Shown piece by piece: positions 45,449 to 54,217 of a DNA stretch of 64,000 nt (the stretch's first letter is position 1; each line of letters opens with the position of its first letter). A program made the translations under genes and the position numbers. Origin of the DNA: a virus (Duplodnaviria > Caudoviricetes); IMG/VR virus record IMGVR_UViG_3300025012_000029, positions 1 to 64,000 of that record; one strand, written 5' to 3'. Under the pieces are notes generated by a model. That model ran no database searches. It had not been told where the DNA came from and saw nothing but the letters and a program-made list of their open reading frames with translations.

Positions 45449-47914
45449 TCATGGTAAAACATTATTAGAGTCTATTGGCACTGACTCGTCTGGGGATGTT
45501 CCTGCTACAGTTGTATGTCCGGACGTATCCAATTCAGCATCTCCAAATGCCTCAAAATTAGCATCTACATTTGTTTCAAATTTTCCTGCCTCTATCTTTG
45601 AAAAAACTTTAGTGATAGTATAGTATCCTCCAATTGGAATTGCTTCCCTCTTCGGAATTCCTTCAGGGAATCCAACCGAAGCAGGATCAACATATATCAT
45701 CATTCCCGGTTTAAAATGAGGAGTTCCTATTAAATTCAACTTAGCATTATACGGTTCACTAAAAAACGCATCACCCTTCTTAACTTGATCTGAATTTACA
45801 ATTCTACTTTCCGCAATATACTGCATATTGACTTTTTCAAACTCTATATTTTTTACCAATCCTCTATCGGCACCAATATAAAAATGAGGAATACCATAAT
45901 TCTTTAGATCATCTTCTCTATTCCCTCTTAGCCGACGAGAAGGAAGTCCACTAATATACAGCATCAAATACTGAAACGTGTTTTCTGGTTTAATATGGAA
46001 TGACTTTAAATTGTTCTGTTCGATTTTTTCAATATCTACTCTATTGTTACCTCTTATTTCCTGTGATCTATGAAGAGGATTGGCTCCATCTTTTCTCAAA
46101 CTAAAAACGGAGAAACTTACTTTATTACGTTTTGCTTTAGAAAATGTTCCCATTCCGGAAGGAGATAGGGCTTTAACAATTAACTCCGAACATATATCAC
46201 GAAGAAAATCTCTTAGGAGATATTTTTCCTTTGCCGGTTCTATAACTTTTTTGAGAAACCATATATTAAATAAATTAAGAGAAATTGGAATATCACATAA
46301 AGAAACTGTAGCAGGTTCATCTTTATCAAAATCGTGTATTTCTGCTGTTCCAAGTAAAAATCTAAAATTCTCAATACTAGCTCTTTTATATGCTGTAATT
46401 GCGGGATCGATATTGTGTTGTGGTTCGTCAACTAATCTATAAAGAGACTGTAAAGCAGCATCCACTAAATCTCCAAAATAAACAAAATTTATTCTATGTG
46501 TCTTAGATGACTGAGGTACTGATGCTTCAGAAAATTTCTTTTTCGGTTCTTCCAAAGCTTTGGCATTATCTTCCTTACTTTTTCCAACAACACCACCCGC
46601 AATATCATCAGATTTAAGAAAAGCTGAATCAATTGTGCTCTGGTTTGCGCCAAGTGCAGACGCTTTAACGGCTTTAAATTGTTGCCTATAGTTTTTGTAT
46701 GTTTCAATTTTTTCTCTTTGAAGTTCGGCTGGTTCCAGATCTGGATCAAATTCTTTACTTTTCAACTCATTAAATCTTTGAACATCTGCTTCATCAACAT
46801 CAATAGCAAATAATCTAGAACGACTTTGAATGAGTCGTAATAAATTACTGTAGCTTTGAAGTTTATTTTCTCTTACGATAGAATCTCTCGATTCGGTATC
46901 TTCAGCAACCTGTTTTTCAACTCTTTCTTGTTGTTCTTGTAATTCTTTAACGTCGTGTGAGTCAGTCAATCGATTTTTTTGTTCACGTTCCAAGCGATTT
47001 TTTGTGTATTTGAGTAATGATTTCTTTCTTTTTAGTGAATTTTTGATATTATTTAATCGAGTTTCAAAATCACTACCAACATACAAAATGTCAGTTTCTG
47101 GTGAAAGCATTTTACCCTCAATAGCGCCAATGTAGTTAGCAGTAATAACAACCGTACCTTCCTGGCTTATTTTGATATTATGGCTAACTAACGTAAGCGA
47201 AAGAGTAATGAATGAATTTTCTAATGCTTCTAGCATTTCTTTATTTATAATAGGATTGCTTCCATTTTCTTTTGGCACCTGCCATCCTATCTGCGCTTTT
47301 ATTCTAAAAGAAGCATCATTAAATAAAGTTTGAATACTTCCATTTGAGGCATTATCTTCTCGACTGCTTGGAGAAAATCTGATTAAATCAGCATACGATG
47401 CGTCTGGATCAAATTTTCTGTAAATATCTCTTATTGAAGCAAACACCATTACTAAAGTTGTTGAAAAAGCCTTGCCAGTTTCGCCGGGGTTTTGTCCAGT
47501 ATCCTCCCACTCACAACTTTTTAAACCAATTCCAGCACCTTTTCCTTTGTTGGATTTAAGAACATTTTCAAGCTCCCTATTATCTAATGTTTCATTGAAA
47601 GGAATTTCAACATCAGTTTCTTTCCCGCTTTTATTTATAATTGTCTTAAACAATCTCAATCTGGGATGTAATAAAGAAAGTTGCGCAGGAGTTATAGAAA
47701 AAAAAGCATCAACTCCGGTCCCTAAGAGCTTACTCAATAAGATGGAAGGATGTCCAATTAGCTGGACAAAGTTTTTATAATTCTTATTTAAGTTGGATTT
47801 AATGAGTGATTCATGTTGATAAAGAAGATATGCTTGCTCATTAAATTTTTCTTCCGTAACAGCATCTTTATTGGAGCTTTCAACTGTCGCATTATCATTC
47901 TTTGTGTCAGACAT
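45449..47914 (-). CDS. Baseplate hub (gp27/VgrG-like) protein
   Basis: Position after the LysM/gp53-like gene. C-terminal LIGTPHFKPGMMIYV...GGYYTITKV is typical of hub proteins. Confidence 0.6.
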   Translation of the reverse strand: MSDTKNDNATVESSNKDAVTEEKFNEQAYLLYQHESLIKSNLNKNYKNFVQLIGHPSILLSKLLGTGVDAFFSITPAQLSLLHPRLRLFKTIINKSGKETDVEIPFNETLDNRELENVLKSNKGKGAGIGLKSCEWEDTGQNPGETGKAFSTTLVMVFASIRDIYRKFDPDASYADLIRFSPSSREDNASNGSIQTLFNDASFRIKAQIGWQVPKENGSNPIINKEMLEALENSFITLSLTLVSHNIKISQEGTVVITANYIGAIEGKMLSPETDILYVGSDFETRLNNIKNSLKRKKSLLKYTKNRLEREQKNRLTDSHDVKELQEQQERVEKQVAEDTESRDSIVRENKLQSYSNLLRLIQSRSRLFAIDVDEADVQRFNELKSKEFDPDLEPAELQREKIETYKNYRQQFKAVKASALGANQSTIDSAFLKSDDIAGGVVGKSKEDNAKALEEPKKKFSEASVPQSSKTHRINFVYFGDLVDAALQSLYRLVDEPQHNIDPAITAYKRASIENFRFLLGTAEIHDFDKDEPATVSLCDIPISLNLFNIWFLKKVIEPAKEKYLLRDFLRDICSELIVKALSPSGMGTFSKAKRNKVSFSVFSLRKDGANPLHRSQEIRGNNRVDIEKIEQNNLKSFHIKPENTFQYLMLYISGLPSRRLRGNREDDLKNYGIPHFYIGADRGLVKNIEFEKVNMQYIAESRIVNSDQVKKGDAFFSEPYNAKLNLIGTPHFKPGMMIYVDPASVGFPEGIPKREAIPIGGYYTITKVFSKIEAGKFETNVDANFEAFGDAELDTSGHTTVAGTSPDESVPIDSNNVLP

Positions 47915-47917
47915 ATA

Positions 47918-48256
47918 TTAAATGTTTAGAAATTTTAGAACCAGTTCCAAAGGCAAGGGAATATCTATTACATTTCCTATTTCCAGATGCGCATCGGTTG
48001 GCTTTTGATTATAGTGGGCAATTATCCACCAGAGTTTTGAATCATTATAGTATCGACTTGCCAATTTAAAATATCTATCACCAACTCTCCATTCGTGTCG
48101 TATTATTTGAAGCTGCGCAATTTCCTCATTTGTTGGATGTCTCAAATTTGGTGTGAAATATTGTCGTATTTGCTTAATAGCGCGAGCGTCAAACAGCTCT
48201 TCGTACTGAGTTGTTTGATTAATGCCAATTTTTCTGCCATCATATCGAGAAACCAT
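47918..48256 (-). CDS. Baseplate wedge / LysM-like (gp53-like) protein
   Basis: GDRYFKLASRYYNDSKLWWIIA...IDIP. Confidence 0.72.
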   Translation of the reverse strand: MVSRYDGRKIGINQTTQYEELFDARAIKQIRQYFTPNLRHPTNEEIAQLQIIRHEWRVGDRYFKLASRYYNDSKLWWIIAHYNQKPTDAHLEIGNVIDIPLPLELVLKFLNI

Positions 48257-48268
48257 TTATTAACTTCC

Positions 48269-49069
48269 TTATATCAAAGTACCTTTGTTTTTTAGTATCA
48301 CATTTTCAATTGACTTACTTGTTCGTTCTTCAGGCATGGACGAATCCGTAATTGCGTCATTTTCAGAAATATTTCTTCTAGTCTGAATAACTGTTGGTGC
48401 AGGTGTAGGAATTTCTGTGTTAACGTCCGTCGAATATGGAAATTTATTAAAATCCGTTCTATGATTTCCATCTTCATCCCATCCCAAAGCATTTTGATGA
48501 AGCACTTTAAAATTACAAGAGAATTTAACAAGCTTAGGAAACAATGCCAGAGGACTAGCAACATCAAAAACACCCACTTCAAAGTCAGGCTCATAATTAA
48601 ATCCATCAACATATCCCAATAAACCCGAATCTGCTGCCAGTGAACCAGCGCTTATATGGTTAGCTGCTAAATTCATAAATTTCATCTTAAAAACAGGTGC
48701 TGAGTTGATTAAATTAACATTTGTACCAACACCAATACTTTTATATGATGGATAAAGCATAGACATTAATAAAGAACTTTTTCTCAAATTTTCTTGAGCT
48801 TCTTCAAATGATGCCGCTGGAACATCCCACGCAATCGCAATCGTTCTTCTGGTTCGCTTGAATGTTGGAATTGGATCCATACGTCCATACGCATCCTCTT
48901 CGTTCCACTCAGATTGATATCCGTCAGAAAATTTAGTTATGAATGCTTTAAATAAAACAGATTTGCCAGAAGGAAGATGAAAAAATTCCAAATGTTGAAC
49001 ATTGGCTAGTCCATCAGTATAGTCACTAATGCCGCCATACCTGAATTGATTTTCTGTCTCTCTTGGCAT
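48269..49069 (-). CDS. Tail tube initiator / baseplate (gp48/gp54-like) protein
   Basis: FKAFITKFSD.Y..EW....YGRMDPI..F..T.R pattern, downstream of the tape measure gene. Confidence 0.6.
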   Translation of the reverse strand: MPRETENQFRYGGISDYTDGLANVQHLEFFHLPSGKSVLFKAFITKFSDGYQSEWNEEDAYGRMDPIPTFKRTRRTIAIAWDVPAASFEEAQENLRKSSLLMSMLYPSYKSIGVGTNVNLINSAPVFKMKFMNLAANHISAGSLAADSGLLGYVDGFNYEPDFEVGVFDVASPLALFPKLVKFSCNFKVLHQNALGWDEDGNHRTDFNKFPYSTDVNTEIPTPAPTVIQTRRNISENDAITDSSMPEERTSKSIENVILKNKGTLI

Positions 49070-49174
49070 AAATCTATATCCCTACCCAAATTTTATTTCT
49101 TATTATGGCACTAATATTTACTTGGCACACTCCATACATATTAGCCAATTCTGTTTGTGTAATGTTCATGTCAT

Positions 49175-52132
49175 TTAAACCATATTCAATTTCATGTTTC
49201 TGTCAAAAACATTAATTACGGCACGACCAAATTCTCTACCATCTATTTGTAATATGACTGGAACCTGTGAAAAGGAGCCTTGTTTATTGCTACCAACCAT
49301 TTCAGATTGTTTTGTTTCAGAAATCTTTTTAACTATCTCTTCTTGTCTTGATAAATGTTCTACTCTGGCAGTTTGCAAACCAGATGCTGTTGCAGCAAGA
49401 CTACGAGCTGGCTCATTGACCATTGCAGCACCAATTGGTGCAGCAAGACTACGAGCTGGCTCATTGACCATTGCAGCACCAACTGCAGTTGTTTTTTGGA
49501 TGACATTTATTGTCTTATCTATTTCTTCATTTGAAAGAGCACCAATAGATTTTATAGAAGCACCTAGAGTTTTAAATGCTTCTGCAACACTCAAAATATT
49601 ATCTCCATTCATTCTTTCTATTGATGCTGTCATGCTAGCCAATGCTTGCAAGTCTGATGTTTTTACCAAAAGCAGAGCACCACTTAAAGCAAGAATTCCG
49701 AGCGTAAGAGCACCAAATGCCATTGCAATAAATGGAAATCCAATTGAAGACATAGCAAGTGCACCCATAGCAAACGATAGACTCGTTATTCCCAAAGCAA
49801 CGGAAGGAATTGCATCAATGTTATCAACAATTGTCTGGATGAGAAAAGTAAATGCTTTTACAAACAAAGCCATTCCACTTGCTGCAAGTGCCACACCAGC
49901 ACCAATCATTAAAAATGATAAACCAAATGCTAGCAACGGAATAGCTGCTGCTGCACCAGCACTTACCATAATTGCAGCTAGTGCTATTAATGTTAATGAA
50001 AATACACCCAACGCAGCAACTACACCCCAGATTTGTTCTGGTTTGAGTTCAACGAAAGCACCAACAAATTGTGCCATACCTAATGCTGCAATTGCAATAC
50101 CAGCCCCAACCATAAGAAACGCAAAACCAAATGCTAAAATAACTGGAACTGCAGCTTTACCTTTTTTACCTATATCTGCTAAAGCATTTGCTATTCCACC
50201 AGAACTTTTTGCTGATGTTGCTGCAGCTACAGAATGTGCTTTTTCAGCAGCGGCTAGTGAATTTGTTGCAACCGTTTCTGCTACTTTTTTCCCTGTCACA
50301 AAAGTTGTTATGGCAGCATATGCAGCCTTGAGATTTGTGCCGGCTGCCATAATTACATTCCATGCAAGTTTAGCTTTGGATAAAGCATATATTGCTCCAG
50401 TAATTCCAATCAGCGCGGGTCCTAAAACACCACGAGCCATATCATTTAATTTTAGAAACTTTTCTATTACCCATGTTATCGCATTTAATAGCGGCATAGC
50501 AGCTCCAGACAAACTTTCTATTATTTTTGTTAGTTTTTCTTGAGCACTTGTCGCGCTTTGAGCATATTTTGTAATTGTTTGAGTAGACAAAGCATAAGCG
50601 TCAGCAGATTCTTTAGCTTCTTCAAAAGATTCAGCCGAAGTTCCGAAAAGTCTGCTAGCTTCGTCCATATCTTTGATACCGGCAGCAGAAGCAATTGCCA
50701 TTCTTTCAAATTTGCCCAACTCATTAAAATTTCTTCCAGAAAGAGAGATTGAGTCCCTGAGCATATCAATTCTTTCAGACTCTGATGCGCTCAATAAATC
50801 TACAGAGTTCAATAAATTTCCACCTAGCATGGCATTTAATTTTCCAGCGGCAGTGGCGGCGCCTTCAAAAGTGTCAAATTGTTGAGAAATTCCTATTAAG
50901 CTTTGAACAGAAATGCCTGTAGCTTTAGATTGAGCTGCCAATTCTTTGAATATTTGAATAGATTGTTTTCCATATTGCGCTAATTGAGGTATTGAAGACG
51001 TAAATTGATCCGCCAACATACCAGGGCTCAATCCCAATTCAGTGGCAGTAGCAGCAATTTCTTTTTGAGCATTAACAGCTTCATCAATATTCATTCCTAA
51101 TGATTTTGTGGATATATCTAAATTTTTTGCTGTGCTTTGTGACGATATACCCATTCGGTCTAACATTGCTGTTGTTTTTGAAAGTTCAATTTGAGATTCT
51201 TTGCTCATTTGGTTGAAGCTTGATAGATTCGTAAATAATGCTTCAACTGCTTCTGCTGATTCTTGAAGTCCAACGCCAGCAGACAATGAACCAAAGCGAA
51301 CATCATCTATGACATCATTAAATTTACCACCTGCCCCTGTAGTCTTGTTGAATGAAGCTAAAGTTGAATCCATTTGAAAAGCTACATCACGAGTAGCAGT
51401 CCAAACATGATCGAAAGCATTAGAAAACAAATTTGTTGGATTAACAAAATCTTTAATTGTTTTTCCAACATTTGAAAGAGTTAAACCTATGCTTTGAAAA
51501 GATGATAAAGTCTGTTCTGCTTGGCCAAGCCAGGTTTCATTTTTATCTGCTGTTAATCCTAGAGATTGAATTATTCCTTTAAAAGAATCTAACTGAAGAT
51601 CAGTTATATTGGCTTCTTTTTCTCTTGTCTCTAGTTCTTCTTCACGAGCAACAGATATTTCTTCAGTTAATTTTAAAAGTCTAGTAAGGTTGCCATGTTC
51701 CCTTGCGTCTAAAACTTCCTGCTTTTCAAGTTCCTTAATTCTATCTTTGATAGAATCTCTTAATTTTAAAGCACTTTTTAATTCAGCAGCCGATTGTTCA
51801 ACAAGGGCTTTTTTTTTAACTCTTTGCTCTTCTGTAGCGGTTGCACTTAATCTTTCAAATTTAGCTGTTTTTTTCTGTATATCTTCTAAGTCTTCTTCAA
51901 TAGCTATTTGATCACGCAGTTCCTTAGTTTTACCTCTAAGTGATTCTAAGTGTTCTTTGGCATTTTTAACTTGAGACTCGCCAAAGTCAACGGCTTTTTC
52001 TCCTAAATCATTTGTTTCTTTTAAATGTTGCTTAATGAGTTTGAGAATTTCTTCTCTGGCTTGTTCATCGGATAAAACCTGTTTGAGAATATTTTGATAT
52101 TCTTTTAATTGTTCTGGAGTTAAATTAGCCAT
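49175..52132 (-). CDS. Tail tape measure protein
   Basis: 985 aa, Ala-rich and helical, with hydrophobic repeats, in the canonical position. Confidence 0.88.
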   Translation of the reverse strand: MANLTPEQLKEYQNILKQVLSDEQAREEILKLIKQHLKETNDLGEKAVDFGESQVKNAKEHLESLRGKTKELRDQIAIEEDLEDIQKKTAKFERLSATATEEQRVKKKALVEQSAAELKSALKLRDSIKDRIKELEKQEVLDAREHGNLTRLLKLTEEISVAREEELETREKEANITDLQLDSFKGIIQSLGLTADKNETWLGQAEQTLSSFQSIGLTLSNVGKTIKDFVNPTNLFSNAFDHVWTATRDVAFQMDSTLASFNKTTGAGGKFNDVIDDVRFGSLSAGVGLQESAEAVEALFTNLSSFNQMSKESQIELSKTTAMLDRMGISSQSTAKNLDISTKSLGMNIDEAVNAQKEIAATATELGLSPGMLADQFTSSIPQLAQYGKQSIQIFKELAAQSKATGISVQSLIGISQQFDTFEGAATAAGKLNAMLGGNLLNSVDLLSASESERIDMLRDSISLSGRNFNELGKFERMAIASAAGIKDMDEASRLFGTSAESFEEAKESADAYALSTQTITKYAQSATSAQEKLTKIIESLSGAAMPLLNAITWVIEKFLKLNDMARGVLGPALIGITGAIYALSKAKLAWNVIMAAGTNLKAAYAAITTFVTGKKVAETVATNSLAAAEKAHSVAAATSAKSSGGIANALADIGKKGKAAVPVILAFGFAFLMVGAGIAIAALGMAQFVGAFVELKPEQIWGVVAALGVFSLTLIALAAIMVSAGAAAAIPLLAFGLSFLMIGAGVALAASGMALFVKAFTFLIQTIVDNIDAIPSVALGITSLSFAMGALAMSSIGFPFIAMAFGALTLGILALSGALLLVKTSDLQALASMTASIERMNGDNILSVAEAFKTLGASIKSIGALSNEEIDKTINVIQKTTAVGAAMVNEPARSLAAPIGAAMVNEPARSLAATASGLQTARVEHLSRQEEIVKKISETKQSEMVGSNKQGSFSQVPVILQIDGREFGRAVINVFDRNMKLNMV
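49391..49482. repeat. Two perfect 44-bp direct repeats with a 48-nt period inside the tape measure gene
   Basis: tgcagcaagactacgagctggctcattgaccattgcagcaccaa at 49391-49434 and 49439-49482, encoding GAAMVNEPARSLAA twice. Confidence 0.95.
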
Positions 52133-52136
52133 TCAA

Positions 52137-52463
52137 TTACCTCAGTGGCCACTTTATACCTGTTGCTCTCTCGAATTCTGAAATAGATTTATTTAGTTTT
52201 AATTTATTTCTATATGTTGATGGGTTATTTAACCCTAATTCTCTAAAAGAGTCCATATATCGCTTTTCTTTGCCAAGAACATCAGCAAAAGATGCTATTT
52301 GACTTTTATTTCCTTTGACAGAAAGGGGAATATTATAATTTCCAAACATTGCTTTTAGAATGCTTTGAATATAATTTCCAAACATTCTATACCAAAAAAC
52401 TTCATTCAGAGTTTTTTTTTGAGAAGATAAATCAATTACAATAGACTTTTCCATTAGACACAT
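52137..52463 (-). CDS. Conserved hypothetical protein upstream of the tape measure gene
   Basis: 108-aa ORF ending FERATGIKWP. Confidence 0.6.
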   Translation of the reverse strand: MCLMEKSIVIDLSSQKKTLNEVFWYRMFGNYIQSILKAMFGNYNIPLSVKGNKSQIASFADVLGKEKRYMDSFRELGLNNPSTYRNKLKLNKSISEFERATGIKWPLR

Positions 52464-52494
52464 GCCCTCTGTGAATAAGTAGTGTTTTTATGAA

Positions 52495-52686
52495 TTACTT
52501 TCTGTTTTTGCTTTTAGCTTTTTCCATTGCCTCTTTTTCTTTTTCAAGCTTCTTTACAACTTCCCCAGTCCAATAGTTGCGAAGCCCAATGGGCAAATTC
52601 CAGCTTTCAAAAACAGAAAAACCGGCATGATACTTCAAATCTAAAACTTGATCGTATACTGATTTTATATATTTGTCATTGAGGCC
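52495..52686 (-). CDS. Frameshift extension (T-like part) of the tail assembly chaperone
   Basis: The frame becomes protein-like only from FFGLN at the U7 run, and the upstream GTG-initiated part lies inside the chaperone gene. Confidence 0.6.
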   Translation of the reverse strand, partial: GLNDKYIKSVYDQVLDLKYHAGFSVFESWNLPIGLRNYWTGEVVKKLEKEKEAMEKAKSKNRK

Positions 52687-53524
52687 AAAAAAACTCGGCT
52701 CTAAAGGGAATCGCAACGCGAGAAAACGTGCCGCAAGCTTCACACTCAAAATCTTGTCTTAAATCAAGATTCGGTATTATTCTTGCGTATTCCTCCCTAA
52801 CGAATTTTGAATGCTTTGCCAGCATCTCTTTATCAACATATTTTTCTATTGTTTCTCTATTTTTATCACCATCGATAGAGACAATGATAGCCTTGAGCTG
52901 ATCCCTCAAGGGAGATTCTGGTAAATTATGTTTTTTCTTATTCTCTGCTCTCATCTGAAGAGAGCGTTCGTCATTGCCAGTAAGCATTTTCAATTCGAGT
53001 TTAATGTCAGTATTTGGTAAAGTTATTTCAAATGTTCCATCACCTGAAATTAAAATATCTTCAGCTACCTCTTTTGGCTTAACTTCTCTGAGATCAAATT
53101 CGTGAGGTGCTCTTGTTCCGCACGCAGGACAGACTACATTTGTTTTATAAATTGGATCATATCCAATCATTCTAGCTGACATGACGACGGCATTTTTATC
53201 GCCAACAAACATTTCATCTACTTTAATTCTTTTATCAATAAGAAGACCTTGAATCATTCGTTCTAAAGCAATGCCCTTTTGAAGCAACGTTTTTGATGTT
53301 AAAATTTCCTCATCAGCGGCCGTCATGTGGCGAATTTCAACAAATTCAATATTATGAAGAGGATGATCTAATGAGTAAAATTTACCTTTCGTCGGCAGAT
53401 CTACTGCTTCTATGGGACTTGGAAATGATAAATTTGAGTTTATTTTTGGATCAATTTCTGGATCTGAAATTATTTTTTTGTTTTCATTTAATTCTTGACC
53501 CATACGATCAGTGTTACGTGACAT
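52676..53524 (-). CDS. Tail assembly chaperone / gp26-like baseplate hub assembly protein
   Basis: VDLPTKGKFY, MTAADEEIL, two CxxC motifs and a C-terminal FFWP. Lies between the tube and tape measure genes. Confidence 0.75.
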   Translation of the reverse strand: MSRNTDRMGQELNENKKIISDPEIDPKINSNLSFPSPIEAVDLPTKGKFYSLDHPLHNIEFVEIRHMTAADEEILTSKTLLQKGIALERMIQGLLIDKRIKVDEMFVGDKNAVVMSARMIGYDPIYKTNVVCPACGTRAPHEFDLREVKPKEVAEDILISGDGTFEITLPNTDIKLELKMLTGNDERSLQMRAENKKKHNLPESPLRDQLKAIIVSIDGDKNRETIEKYVDKEMLAKHSKFVREEYARIIPNLDLRQDFECEACGTFSRVAIPFRAEFFWPQ

Positions 53525-53580
53525 TCAATATACCTCTTTTGGTATTGTAGAACAAAAGAAGAAAATTTTTAAGAAAAAAA

Positions 53581-54174
53581 TTAAATGTTGCCTTCTGGCA
53601 AGGTTACGCCACCTTCTTGTTTAAAGGTACAGTCAGCAAAATCATATACCAAAGTAACATCCAATGCCATCATATCTTCGGAATCATAATCAAGTTCACC
53701 GAATTCTATATCTTTTATCCAGCATCCATGTAATCGCCATGTTTCTACTGAATCTCCATTATGATCGAGTTGATGAATTCTAGGTGTTCCCAATGCTCTA
53801 ACAGACGCACTTTTTGACATTGTTCGTGCTGTTCCATCCGATGAATCGATTGGACCAGTTGGCAACTGATATCCACTTTCTTGTAAGATCTTCAAGAAAA
53901 TGTTTGTAGTGTTGGGAGAAATAACATCTGCTACAGAAAAAGTAACTTCCTTCCATTTAATTTTTCCTGGGTAACTGAAAGTATGGTTTAAAAACTTATG
54001 CTCGGTCACCGACACTTCAAATCCTGGCTTTTTGACTTTTTTGATGAGATATTCTTGTATATCGAGAGCGGCCGTTTCGTCATCATTATCGACTTCTCCA
54101 CCAATAGAGAGAATAAATGTAAATTTCCTCTTGGGTTCCAACCCACCTTCTGAATAGTCTGACCAAAAAGCCAT
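53581..54174 (-). CDS. gp19: Tail tube protein (gp19-like)
   Basis: YPGKIKW..VT, W.L.GCWIKDIEFGELDY, VTLVYD. Follows the sheath gene. Confidence 0.85.
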   Translation of the reverse strand: MAFWSDYSEGGLEPKRKFTFILSIGGEVDNDDETAALDIQEYLIKKVKKPGFEVSVTEHKFLNHTFSYPGKIKWKEVTFSVADVISPNTTNIFLKILQESGYQLPTGPIDSSDGTARTMSKSASVRALGTPRIHQLDHNGDSVETWRLHGCWIKDIEFGELDYDSEDMMALDVTLVYDFADCTFKQEGGVTLPEGNI

Positions 54175-54217
54175 AATTGTTATCTCCTATAATTTAGATA
54201 GTTACTAACTGTATTTT

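Noticed and set aside
49194-50543. 449-aa + strand ORF and other long antisense ORFs (e.g. 6602-7063, 13043-13579)
   Set aside because: They are shadows of strongly supported - strand genes (tape measure, GroEL, acidic protein), with no motifs.
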